Below, one piece after another: positions 8,859 to 17,595 of a DNA stretch of 32,000 nucleotides; within the stretch, counting starts at the first letter, position 1; each line of letters begins with the position of its first letter. The stretch is from Nitrosococcus oceani ATCC 19707 (GTDB lineage: Bacteria; Pseudomonadota; Gammaproteobacteria; Nitrosococcales; Nitrosococcaceae). The notes beneath the pieces were generated by a model. That model searched no databases and had not been told where the DNA came from. It was given only the letters and a program-made list of their open reading frames with translations. Location of the stretch: the NCBI RefSeq assembly GCF_000012805.1, contig NC_007484.1, positions 1,590,001 to 1,622,000 on the forward strand. The letters are read 5' to 3'. The position numbers and the translations under genes were made by a program.

Positions 8859-9371
8859 ATGACTCAGCCGCAATACTTTCAAGCCTATATGCCGGATCAA
8901 ATCTGTTTTGGGTGTGGAAGAGAAAATCCTGACGGCCTCCATGTTCAGAGCTTTTGGCAAGGCAATGAGGCGGTTTGTTTTTGGCAACCTCAGGCAGCCC
9001 ATCAGGGTTGGCCGGGAATTACCTGTGGCGGCATCATTGCCACCCTTATTGATTGCCATTGCATGGCAACCGCTATGGCGACCGCCATTCGAGACGAGCA
9101 TCGTTCCTTGGGCTCGGAGCCCTATTATCGTTTTGCCACGGGCAGCCTCTATATCCGTTATCTTCAGCCTACACCCATGGATGGTCCTCTAGAGTTGCGA
9201 GCCTACGTCACGGACATTAAAGATAAACGTAAATATACGCTGACCTGTGATCTTTTTGCTGGGGGAGAAAAGACCGTTGGGGCCGAGGTAATTGCTTTTT
9301 TAGTATACCGCAGCGATCATCCAGAGCTAGCATCGCCCCATTTTCATGAAAAAAACTACCATGGGGGTTAG
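8859..9371 (+). CDS. Hotdog-fold thioesterase (PaaI-like family)
   Basis: 170-aa ORF with the N-terminal CFGCGRENPDGLH motif common in PaaI-type thioesterases, followed by GG..ATLID hotdog core features. No clear Shine-Dalgarno sequence. Confidence 0.6.
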   Translation: MTQPQYFQAYMPDQICFGCGRENPDGLHVQSFWQGNEAVCFWQPQAAHQGWPGITCGGIIATLIDCHCMATAMATAIRDEHRSLGSEPYYRFATGSLYIRYLQPTPMDGPLELRAYVTDIKDKRKYTLTCDLFAGGEKTVGAEVIAFLVYRSDHPELASPHFHEKNYHGG

Positions 9372-9555
9372 CCCTGATACAGTATTGGGATTTACCGGGT
9401 AAATAAATTAGCTTCTTGCTTAATACTTAAGATTCTTTTCTGGCGCGGAACCTGCTCCCGCGATTTCTCTTTGTTGTTGATAGCGTTCGATGTAGTGATA
9501 ATATTCACACCCACAAGGGTGCCCAGAGCTGTCTTAGTTTATTATCATGTGTTTT

Positions 9556-9930
9556 CTATTTCTTAAGGTAGTGGTTAATTTTTTCTTTGCAATATTTGAT
9601 AACCTGGTGAAAAGCAACTTCTCCTTTATCTAATAGAACAGCCACTATTTTCAAGCGGCTAACCAGTAAACTAAGTCCTAATAGGGTTAGTATAAAACCG
9701 GGTACTCCGATAGGCGGGATGGAAATGAGGACTCCGGCAACCACCAATAAAAGACCCATTACTATATAAAAAGGAGTCTTCCAGGATTTTTCTCCGCTTT
9801 TTCTCTGCTGAAATTTATAATGTTTAGTAAAGCGCTCGCCACGTTTTCCTCGATAAATTTGTAATATATTTTTTTTTAGCTTATGGAACATATTCCTGTA
9901 ATTTCTCATGAGGTTTAATTGCTTTATCAA
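9556..9930 (-). CDS. Small two-TM membrane protein (tentatively PGPGW-like); start uncertain (TTG 9930, ATG 9909 or ATG 9891)
   Basis: ORF with a basic N-terminal part and the hydrophobic hairpin FYIVMGLLLVVAGVLISIPPIGVPGFILTLLGLSLLV. No convincing RBS at any candidate start. Confidence 0.45.
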   Translation of the reverse strand: MIKQLNLMRNYRNMFHKLKKNILQIYRGKRGERFTKHYKFQQRKSGEKSWKTPFYIVMGLLLVVAGVLISIPPIGVPGFILTLLGLSLLVSRLKIVAVLLDKGEVAFHQVIKYCKEKINHYLKK

Positions 9931-10009
9931 GCTTTTAAATTGTAGGAGATATTTTAAAGAGGAAATATCAATTGTCGCATACCTCCGGCATTATCTCCTT
10001 AGGCGCTAG

Positions 10010-10046
10010 CCACCCACCTTCAGCGCTACTTTGGAAGGTAGGGTGG
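10010..10046 (-). other. Imperfect GC-rich hairpin downstream of the pmp3-DUF4112 pair; possible terminator lacking a U-tract
   Basis: ccacccaccttc (10010-10021) pairs with gaaggtagggtgg (10034-10046), giving a 12-bp stem with one bulged T and a 12-nt loop. No T-run follows on either strand. Confidence 0.3.
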
Positions 10047-10075
10047 TGGTTGTATAAACGTGAAGGGGGGATTTA

Positions 10076-10492
10076 TTATAGGATTTTTTGTGTTGTGGGG
10101 GACTGTTCTGGCCCATAAATCTTGGCAAGATGTTCGTTAAGCAGTTGCATATTTTTACGGTTAGCTTTCCAGCGGATATCGAACAAATCCCCCACCAAAG
10201 GCACGGTACCCACGAGGCCGTCGATAGCCACGTTCCAGATCATGCGCATCAGCACGGCCTTGGATATGCCTAGGCGCCGTGCCTCGAGCACTAGGTAGGC
10301 GGAAACGGCCGTGGTGATCCCATCCCCCACCCCTGGGATGAGACCGACTAAGCCATCCGCTCCGATCCGCCAGTTGGTGCCTGGAATGCGGAACCGATCA
10401 TCCAGCCAGTAAGCCAGCTTAGCAAGTCGTTCGCGCTCCTGGTGGATGCGAAGCTGAGGATCATCGGGTGGTGGCTGGGGCGGCAAAGCCAT
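10076..10492 (-). CDS. DUF4112 domain membrane protein
   Basis: WLDDRFRIPGTNWRIGADGLVGLIPGVGDGITTAVSAYLVLEARRLG...GTVPLVGDLFDIRWKAN is the DUF4112 pattern. The start is set at ATG 10492 (MALPPQPPP) because the tracked extension to 10534 overlaps the upstream small gene. Confidence 0.75.
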   Translation of the reverse strand: MALPPQPPPDDPQLRIHQERERLAKLAYWLDDRFRIPGTNWRIGADGLVGLIPGVGDGITTAVSAYLVLEARRLGISKAVLMRMIWNVAIDGLVGTVPLVGDLFDIRWKANRKNMQLLNEHLAKIYGPEQSPTTQKIL

Positions 10493-10512
10493 GGGTTTAG
10501 TCCTAAGTCTTT

Positions 10513-10671
10513 TTAGCGTCTTGCAATGATCCATACGGCATGAATAATGCCGGGAATGTAACCAAGCAGAGTCAGTAGGATATTCAACCAGAATTGACCA
10601 CCGAGGCCGACTTGCAAGAATACGCCTAGAGGAGGCAGCAAAATTGCAAATATAATACGTACCAAATCCAT
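10513..10671 (-). CDS. Pmp3/YqaE (UPF0057) family stress-induced proteolipid, 52 aa; not in the ORF track
   Basis: Reverse translation gives MDLVRIIFAILLPPLGVFLQVGLGGQFWLNILLTLLGYIPGIIHAVWIIARR plus a TAA stop, with the family hallmarks LPPLGV and LGYIPG.IHA. AAGAGG lies about 11 nt upstream. The gene ends 20 nt before the DUF4112 start. Confidence 0.8.
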   Translation of the reverse strand: MDLVRIIFAILLPPLGVFLQVGLGGQFWLNILLTLLGYIPGIIHAVWIIARR

Positions 10672-10953
10672 AAACTTAATAACCTCTTAATTATCGGTTT
10701 AACAACAAAAGTTTTTCTACGCTTTAAATAAGCATAGCTGCTCCTGTTTTTTTTGCCACCAGAAAATGGTTCTCTTTTTAGGATCTGATCGTATAGATTT
10801 GCTATTTTTGCTAGGGAAGATATTAAGGGAAATAAATCCTGCCTCCAAGCTGAAGGCAAGAGCGCAGCAAAGTGTATTGGGAAAATTTATGGAGGAGTAT
10901 TTCCATGAACTAGGATCGCGCTAATCCCAACGAATGTCTCCTCCCTGCCGCGA

Positions 10954-13338
10954 TTATCTTTCTTCGTTTTCAGCCGCAGCGATTTGTTCCTTGACCTTAA
11001 CGAAACTATCTGGATTAACAGAAATTGAATCGATATTGGCTTGTACTAGAAAATGAGCGAATTCTGGATAATCACTGGGGGCCTGACCACAGAGACCCAC
11101 CTTGCGCTGCTTCTCATGGGCATGGCGAATAACGGTGGTAATCATTTCTTTGACAGCATCATCTTGTTCGTCAAAGAGTGGTGCGAGTCTATTCGAATCC
11201 CGATCCACGCCTAAAATTAATTGAGTCAGATCATTGCTGCCAATGGAAAACCCATCGAAACGATCCGCGAATTGCCGGGCTAGAATTATATTAGAAGGAA
11301 TCTCGCACATGACATACACCTGAAGCCCACTTTCTCCCCGGGTTAATCCGTTCTCGGCCAGGACTTCCAGGACCTTATCCGCTTCTGGGGGAGTACGGCA
11401 AAAAGGAATCATGATAATGATATTATCAAGCCCGATTTCCTCTCGGGCTTTTCGAATGGCCTGGCATTCCAGGGCAAAACCCTCCCGGTAATCCTCGCTA
11501 TAGTAACGGCTTGCGCCGCGCCATCCGAGCATGGGGTTGGGTTCTTTGGGTTCAAAAGCATGGCCGCCAATCAAGGCGGCATATTCGTTCGTTTTAAAAT
11601 CGCTCATACGAACAATGACGGGTTTTGGATATTGGGATGCGGCAATGCGGGCAACACCCTGGGCCAGAGTATCGACAAAATATTGGGGTTTATCCTCCCA
11701 GGTGGCCGTTAATTCATCAATTTTTTGGCGGGCTTCCGGATCTTCCAATTCATTCCATTTGACAAGCGCCATGGGGTGGATTTTGATGATATTATTGATA
11801 ATAAACTCCATCCGGGCCAAGCCTACTCCATCGCTAGGCAATAGCCACCAGCGCAAGGCTCCTGCTGGATGCGCCAGATTAAGCATGACCTGAGTTTTAG
11901 TTTTGGGAATATCTTCTAGGGAAATGTCCTGGGTTTCAAAATCGGCAATGCCCTCGTAGATAAAACCTTCATCCCCTTCAGCGCAGGAGACGGTAATTGC
12001 TTGGCCGCCCTGTAAAATCTCAGTACCCTTACCGGTGCCCACAACGGCGGGGAGTCCTAGCTCCCGGCTGACGATAGCCGCATGGGAAGTGCGCCCCCCA
12101 TGGTTGGTCACGATGGCGGCAGCTCGTTTCATAATGGGAACCCAATCCGGATCGGTCATTTCTGTAACCAACACCCCATTATCTTCAAAACGATCGATCT
12201 CGGCAGCGCTATGTAATTTGCAGACCTTGCCTGCTGCAATGGCGTTGCCAATGCTAAGTCCGCTGAGCAACTGTTCCCCCTTTTGCTTTAGGGTATAGGT
12301 CTGAAGCAAGGAGGTCTCCTTGCGAGACTGAACGGTTTCTGGTCTGGCCTGGACAATAAAAAGTTCATGGGTCATTCCGTCTTTAGCCCACTCAATATCC
12401 ATGGGGAGGTCGTAATGATCTTCGATGGTGGTTGCCCACCGGGCCAGGGTGAGAATTTCTTCATCGTTTAATACCGGATGAAGGCGCTCTTTCTTGGTTG
12501 TATCGAGGGTTTGCGTAGGTTTTTTACCTTCTGTGGTATAAACGATTTTTAGGGCTTTTTCGCCTATTTTTTTCTTGATAATGGGGTGGTAATCGGGATT
12601 TTTAAGTAAGGGTTTAAAAACCATATATTCGTCCGGGTCCACGATTCCTTGCACCACACTCTCTCCGAGTCCCCAGGCGGCATTGATTAGCACCGCATCA
12701 GGAAATCCGGTTTCCGTGTCAATGGAGAACATCACCCCGGCGCCGGCCTTATCCGAGCGGACCATTCTTTGGATACCCGCTGAAAGCGCTACTTTCAGAT
12801 GATCGAATCCGTGATTCTCGCGATAAATAATGGCCCGATCGGTAAACAGGGAAGCAAAACAACGCCGGCAGGCATCGAGCAGATTTTCTTCTCCGCTGAT
12901 ATTGAGAAAGCTTTCCTGCTGACCAGCGAAGCTTGCCTCCGGAAGATCTTCGGCCGTGGCGCTGCTGCGCACCGCTACATCAAGGTTTTGACGCCCGATG
13001 TGATCGGCTAGCTGATGATAGGCTTGCGTAATAGCTTGCGCCAGGGGAGCAGGGAAGTCGGCCTCGTAGAACCACCCTCGTATGGTTTTGCCGACCTTCG
13101 ATAATTCTTGCCGATCCTTCCTGAGTTCTTCTAGCTGGTGGGCGATTTTCTTATTAAGATGATTGCTCTCTAGGAACTCCCAATAAGCCTGAGCCGTGGT
13201 AGCAAAACCCTCGGGTACCCGGATGCCCGTTGCCCGCAGTTGTTGGATCATCTCCCCCAAGGAGGCGTTTTTGCCTCCCACTACAGGGACATCATGGGAA
13301 CCCAGGTTTTCCAGCCACCTGACGTACTGTTTGGCCAT
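10954..13338 (-). CDS. ppsA: Phosphoenolpyruvate synthase (pyruvate, water dikinase)
   Basis: 794-aa ORF. It has the N-terminal VGGKNASLGEM motif, the phosphohistidine region TNHGGRTSHAAIVSRELGLPAVVG and a C-terminal PEP-utilising TIM domain (GFSIGSNDLTQL). Confidence 0.95.
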   Translation of the reverse strand: MAKQYVRWLENLGSHDVPVVGGKNASLGEMIQQLRATGIRVPEGFATTAQAYWEFLESNHLNKKIAHQLEELRKDRQELSKVGKTIRGWFYEADFPAPLAQAITQAYHQLADHIGRQNLDVAVRSSATAEDLPEASFAGQQESFLNISGEENLLDACRRCFASLFTDRAIIYRENHGFDHLKVALSAGIQRMVRSDKAGAGVMFSIDTETGFPDAVLINAAWGLGESVVQGIVDPDEYMVFKPLLKNPDYHPIIKKKIGEKALKIVYTTEGKKPTQTLDTTKKERLHPVLNDEEILTLARWATTIEDHYDLPMDIEWAKDGMTHELFIVQARPETVQSRKETSLLQTYTLKQKGEQLLSGLSIGNAIAAGKVCKLHSAAEIDRFEDNGVLVTEMTDPDWVPIMKRAAAIVTNHGGRTSHAAIVSRELGLPAVVGTGKGTEILQGGQAITVSCAEGDEGFIYEGIADFETQDISLEDIPKTKTQVMLNLAHPAGALRWWLLPSDGVGLARMEFIINNIIKIHPMALVKWNELEDPEARQKIDELTATWEDKPQYFVDTLAQGVARIAASQYPKPVIVRMSDFKTNEYAALIGGHAFEPKEPNPMLGWRGASRYYSEDYREGFALECQAIRKAREEIGLDNIIIMIPFCRTPPEADKVLEVLAENGLTRGESGLQVYVMCEIPSNIILARQFADRFDGFSIGSNDLTQLILGVDRDSNRLAPLFDEQDDAVKEMITTVIRHAHEKQRKVGLCGQAPSDYPEFAHFLVQANIDSISVNPDSFVKVKEQIAAAENEER

Positions 13339-14177
13339 TGCTTTCTCCTGACAGATTATGCGGCTACCCTACTTTATTAACGCGCCTATGGAGGGGCTGC
13401 TAAAGTTATTTCAATTATCCCTATTCTATAAATTGTAATCCATATACTTTCTGTTGTTATTTGCTGTGCTGGGGTAAAGCTTCGTGGAAGATTGGGGTTA
13501 GCGGCCAGTGCAGGCTAGTAACCTTTCTTAACTTTAATGATAGCTAGCTGCAAAAATATTGTGATCCTGCAATTCCCCCGTCCACTCAATTGGTTCGGAT
13601 TAGTAGGGCTTCTATAATGTTTCAGCCGACTATCTTCACCATATGATGGAACTAGGTAGGGAGGATGCTCAAAAGCGGGATGATGAAATTCACCCATTCT
13701 TCACAGGGGATAAATAAGCCTCTTTGCTTTCACGTCTATCCATTCCGTTCTCGCCGAAAGCAGGAGATCTTCCTTTTAGGCAGATTGTTGATAGCACAAT
13801 AGGCGTCCTTTACTTCTTATAAAGTGTGAGTTTCAACTATAAAATTGGGTTTTAGCATGACCAGTCTTTAATCTCCGAAGACGCTCCCTTCATGACTAAG
13901 AACACTATCAATAAAATAAGAGCAATAATAAATAAAATCCAAATAACTTCTAAAAGGTGATCCAAGCCAGCCCCATGAAGTGCAGTACGACTGCTAGCAG
14001 TGCGAGAGATAGAAAAGAGTTAGCTTTACTCCTAATTTTTAATTTTCCAATGGTCTCTTAACATTTAAAAAGCTGCCCTTTGTTAAGCTAGTTTTCAATC
14101 TTTAAGTTGTCAAGAGTAAAAACTTTAGATGTTTTTTATTTTGAATAAAAAGCCGCCTGGAATTTTCCTGCAAGTAT

Positions 14178-14212
14178 CGTGATCGTGTTTCTGTTTTAGA
14201 AACACGATCGCG
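14178..14212. terminator. Strong hairpin immediately downstream of the DUF2231 gene; the T-run lies on the plus-strand side
   Basis: gatcgtgtttct (14181-14192), loop gtttt, agaaacacgatc (14198-14209). This is a perfect 12-bp stem, extendable to 15 bp with one G-U pair. It is followed on the plus strand by cgcgttttt. The minus-strand side has no U-tract. Confidence 0.5.
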
Positions 14213-14218
14213 TTTTTC

Positions 14219-14725
14219 CTACTTAATTGTATGTCCGGTCACACCGATTTTATGCCGGTAGGATAACTCGCCTCCATACCACCCTGTCACCAGTAAAATA
14301 GCCGCGGTGAGCGCGGAAAGAGATAAGCCCCAGGGGAGGATTGGGGTAGTCATTTCGGTTAAACGCATTAGCCAATTAGCCAGCGCCAACAGCAATACGG
14401 TCGCATTACCGAGAAAATGAATCCAAGCAGCTTTGTGCGCCCGAATCTTTGGGATAGTAAGAAAATCAGTTAGGCCAAAAACAGCGGCCAGTGCTCCAGT
14501 AATAAAACCGCCGCCGATTAACCAAAGCGAGGCTCTGGCCCAGAAAAAATCGGCTGTTGCAAGGTAGGCTATATCGGTTAATAAAGCGCCAACTAGAAAG
14601 GCTATGGGGAATGGAATCAACATCGGGTGAATGGGGTGTCCCGCAATGGATGCGGTGCTCTTGACTCCGTTATTTTGAGATATGTTGGAATTTGCCATAC
14701 GTATTTCCTCCCTATCATTATCCAT
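14219..14725 (-). CDS. DUF2231 domain membrane protein
   Basis: HPIHPMLIPFPIAFLVGALLTDIAY followed by three more TM segments, as in DUF2231. An alternative start is ATG 14698 (MANSNISQ). Confidence 0.65.
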   Translation of the reverse strand: MDNDREEIRMANSNISQNNGVKSTASIAGHPIHPMLIPFPIAFLVGALLTDIAYLATADFFWARASLWLIGGGFITGALAAVFGLTDFLTIPKIRAHKAAWIHFLGNATVLLLALANWLMRLTEMTTPILPWGLSLSALTAAILLVTGWYGGELSYRHKIGVTGHTIK

Positions 14726-14840
14726 TAATCTGTATAAATAATGTATTTATTAGTAAGTATAGTTTTCTTTATTTTCCTTGCAACAATCCCATTAAGCTAA
14801 GGGGCCGCTTCTCGGATCGCGGCAGGATCAGTTTTTATGT

Positions 14841-15701
14841 TTATCCTAGAGAAGTAGCGTTCGCTAAAAAAGGCCGGCACACTTCTGCGAGCTGGCTAGG
14901 AGCAGTCCATACCAACGTGTGCTGTACCTCTGGAATGACAACTTTTTTACCGCCGGGTAGAAGGTGGACAATTTCATCTACCCATTCCGAGTGGCATATA
15001 GGATCATCGCTTCCTCGTACCACTAGAACAGGTATTTTAATCTGAGCGAGAATATCTTCCGGACGATGGCGGATAGAGTACTGAAAAGTACGTGCTAGTC
15101 GGTAAATACCGCATGCACGATAATCTTGCCGGGCAATTTCTCCCATTGGTTTGGGGTTGGAATTTTGCTGCCAGCGCACGAATTGCCAGAACCAGCTCCG
15201 TTCTGAGGGGGACGTGGTGGGTCCTTGCAAAATAGCGCAAGCTATTAGCTCAGGGTGGCGCGCCATGCATTCGATGATAATTTGACAGCCAAAGGAGTTT
15301 CCGAGCAGTGCTACTTGCGGTAGCCCGGTGGCTTCTATCCAAGCTGCGAGCGCATCTCCTAATTGCTGGACATTCAACACCCGCTTTGGTTTGGCGCTGA
15401 GGCCAAAGCCGGGGAGATCAGGCGCATAAACGGGATGCTCATGGGCGAGCTCAGCGGCAATGGGGAGCAGGTAGGTGCTAGAAAGTCCGAGGCCGTGGAC
15501 CAATACTACGGGTAGAACATTATCTGGGGCCTGCTCTGTGTTGACCCGGGCATGAATGAACAGATTGTCGACCTCAACCCAGCGGGTTATAAATATCTTT
15601 TTTAGCTGCTCCAGACGACTTTTTACCGCCTCTTCCTCTGTTTGCGATTTAGATTGGCGCATACTCCTCCTTGCACTAGGCTTTGAAGTGTGGCGTGTCA
15701 T
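14841..15701 (-). CDS. Alpha/beta-fold hydrolase
   Basis: Oxyanion-hole region VVLVHGLGLSS, nucleophile elbow GNSFGC, and late D and H residues (VVRGSDDPI; EVQHTLVW). An alternative start is ATG 15662. Confidence 0.75.
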   Translation of the reverse strand: MTRHTSKPSARRSMRQSKSQTEEEAVKSRLEQLKKIFITRWVEVDNLFIHARVNTEQAPDNVLPVVLVHGLGLSSTYLLPIAAELAHEHPVYAPDLPGFGLSAKPKRVLNVQQLGDALAAWIEATGLPQVALLGNSFGCQIIIECMARHPELIACAILQGPTTSPSERSWFWQFVRWQQNSNPKPMGEIARQDYRACGIYRLARTFQYSIRHRPEDILAQIKIPVLVVRGSDDPICHSEWVDEIVHLLPGGKKVVIPEVQHTLVWTAPSQLAEVCRPFLANATSLG

Positions 15702-15876
15702 TTATCTTTAGGGAAATTTAGCCAATTCTTATAAGAAATAAACTCATTTTTATTTTAATTCTGGAGAAACAGGCTATACCTAAAAAATATTTTCTAGAAA
15801 AGAAAGTTTTTCTGCACACGCTTTCTGAGAAGGCTGGAAGGGGTTGTAGCAAGTTACTCCCCCTCGTCCAGAGTAG

Positions 15877-16367
15877 TATAAATATAGTTATTCTAGAGAA
15901 GAGAGGTTATGGACCTATGTTTGTTCGATTCTAGAAGGAGTTTCCATAGATAAACGGCAATTTACATGGAAAGAGATGGTGCAACAACCTATTAGCAAAA
16001 TTAACGATGATACCTTCATCCGGGTAAGGGTTATCCTTATGAATGGAATCGAAGTAGAGGCCGTCCGGTTCCAGCATCCTTGTGCAAGAATGAATAAAAT
16101 ACTTCAGATGCCATTGGCAAAAATCAAGCGTGTTGAGCAACATCAGTAAATTGCTATTAACTGGCTTATTTCCCCTGATTATTTTTCTTTAGAAACTATC
16201 ATTGGTTATAAGCAGGCGGCTATTGGGGTAACGGGAGCGGTGGCTCAGAATGAACCTGATCCTTCTAAGGAAAATATGCCAGTGGATTGAACAGCTAATT
16301 TTGGAATAGGCAGGAGTGTAAATCGATGTGGCGTTTTTCTGGAATGCTCGAAGAATTAGAGCAGTGA
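15877..16367 (+). pseudogene. Apparent decayed gene remnant; tentatively a ferritin-like/di-iron family from memory only, unverified
   Basis: Frame 1 stays open for 137 codons (15877-16287) in AT-rich DNA apart from a single TAA at 16147. There is no credible start or RBS. The translation looks protein-like: ...WKEMVQQPISKINDDTFIRVRVILMNGIEVEAVRFQHPCARMNKILQMPLAKIKRVEQHQ*IAINWLISPDYFSLETIIGYKQAAIGVTGAVAQNEPDP. A further short piece lies in another frame (16299-16364, ...MWRFSGMLEELEQ). Confidence 0.35.
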
Positions 16368-16504
16368 TGTTGGCATGATATTGCTGGCATTTCTTGCTAC
16401 CCCTTTCGGGATGGAGTAGGCAGAGAAAAAAGGTGCTTCGACTATGTGCTAATTTTATTATTGCCTGCAATCAATGAGAGTTAACAGCGTAGGGGAAAAG
16501 ATTG

Positions 16505-17557
16505 ATGAAAGCAGTGGATCTTCCAGTAAATTTTTTTACATACCGCGTATTAATTGTGTTAGGCATTACTGCCGTAGCAATTATTTTCTTATTCTTTGCT
16601 GGGTATTTTGCCCATCTATTACTGCTGGTATTTGCAGGTATATTATTAGCCGTATTTTTGCGCGGTACTGCCGGATGGTTGAGTGACCGGGTGCCTCTAT
16701 CCATGGGTTGGGCGCTTACTTTAGTGGTATTTTTATTATTTTATTGTATGGTCATAGGCGCCTTATTATTAGGCCCGACAATCGCGAATAATTTTAATGA
16801 TCTTGCTCAAATTATCCCGCAAGCAGTGGAGCAGCTCCGGGAATTCGTAAAAAGGCATGAGGCTGCTGATGGGTTACTAGATCGTTTTCTCCAGCAAGAT
16901 AAATCGGTTTTTCTCACGCAAGAAATGTTTACTCGAATAGCAGGAGTTTTCTCTAGCCTGTTAGGACTGGCAGCTAGTTTTCTGATTATTTTTGCTAATG
17001 GCCTTTATTTTAGCGTAGAGCCTAACGTTTATATAAGAGGTGTCATATATTTGTTTCCTAAGCGCAAGCAAGCACGGTTTAGAGCGGTTCTAAGTGAATT
17101 GGGGCATGTGTTGCGTTGGTGGCTGGTGGGAAGGATTGCTTCGATGGCGGTGGTAGGTGTTTTGACCTGGGGGGGGTTGCTGTGGCTGGGTATTCCTTCG
17201 GCGGCCGCCTTAGCATTTTTAGCGGCGGTTTTATCATTTATTCCTAATATAGGGCCTTTAGTGTCGGTGGTGCCCGCCGTGCTAGTAGGCTGGATGCAAG
17301 GGCCAATGAGCGCATTGTACGTAATACTGCTCTATACTATTATTCAAACTTTAGAAAGCTACCTGATTACTCCCTTAATTCAGCGACGGGCTATTATGCT
17401 TCCACCCGCTCTCATTCTGACGGTACAGTTAGCCATGGGAATGGCGTTTGGTGTATTTGGCGTATTGTTAGCTACGCCTTTTGCCGTGGTGATATTGGTA
17501 TTGGTGCAGATGCTCTATGTGGAAGATGTCTTGGAGAATCCAGTCGATCTTCCTTGA
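16505..17557 (+). CDS. AI-2E family transporter (PerM/YhhT, UPF0118)
   Basis: The ~350-aa polytopic protein has the family's conserved C-terminal part (FIPNIGPLVS..PA......G......YVILLYTIIQ.LES.LITPLIQ). ATG 16505 sits one codon inside the tracked TTG 16502. Confidence 0.85.
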   Translation: MKAVDLPVNFFTYRVLIVLGITAVAIIFLFFAGYFAHLLLLVFAGILLAVFLRGTAGWLSDRVPLSMGWALTLVVFLLFYCMVIGALLLGPTIANNFNDLAQIIPQAVEQLREFVKRHEAADGLLDRFLQQDKSVFLTQEMFTRIAGVFSSLLGLAASFLIIFANGLYFSVEPNVYIRGVIYLFPKRKQARFRAVLSELGHVLRWWLVGRIASMAVVGVLTWGGLLWLGIPSAAALAFLAAVLSFIPNIGPLVSVVPAVLVGWMQGPMSALYVILLYTIIQTLESYLITPLIQRRAIMLPPALILTVQLAMGMAFGVFGVLLATPFAVVILVLVQMLYVEDVLENPVDLP

Positions 17558-17595
17558 AGGAAAGTCTGCTAAGCTTTTTTAATTAAAGCGGGGGA

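Noticed and set aside
8682-9101. 139-aa minus-strand ORF spanning the end of the HDO-like gene and the thioesterase start
   Set aside because: It overlaps two better-supported plus-strand genes, and its translation is compositionally odd (Arg/Leu/Asn-rich, no motifs).
10626-10859. 77-aa tracked ORF (minus strand)
   Set aside because: Its 3' end overlaps the Pmp3/YqaE gene in another frame, and the remainder is AT-rich promoter-like DNA.
13515-13697. 60-aa tracked ORF (minus strand)
   Set aside because: No RBS, no recognisable features, and it lies in an AT-rich spacer.
13852-14030. Possible small two-TM peptide gene (lmo0937-like look) on the minus strand
   Set aside because: It needs a frameshift to join its two hydrophobic halves, and it has no ATG or GTG in either half apart from one that yields 8 codons. 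At best it is a dead remnant, so it is mentioned only within the gap finding.
13339-14218. Expected divergent ppsR (DUF299) gene or its pseudogene upstream of ppsA
   Set aside because: All three plus-strand frames are dense with stops, and nothing resembles the PpsR P-loop or other conserved segments. I treat the gene as absent here, not decayed.
15931-16470. Tracked minus-strand ORFs 15931-16143 (70 aa) and 16189-16470 (93 aa)
   Set aside because: Their translations are Cys/His/Phe-rich and not protein-like. They sit antisense to the longer plus-strand frame interpreted as a gene remnant.
16471-16704. Tracked ORFs 16471-16704(-) and 16474-16686(+)
   Set aside because: They overlap the 5' end of the AI-2E transporter gene, which has clear family features.
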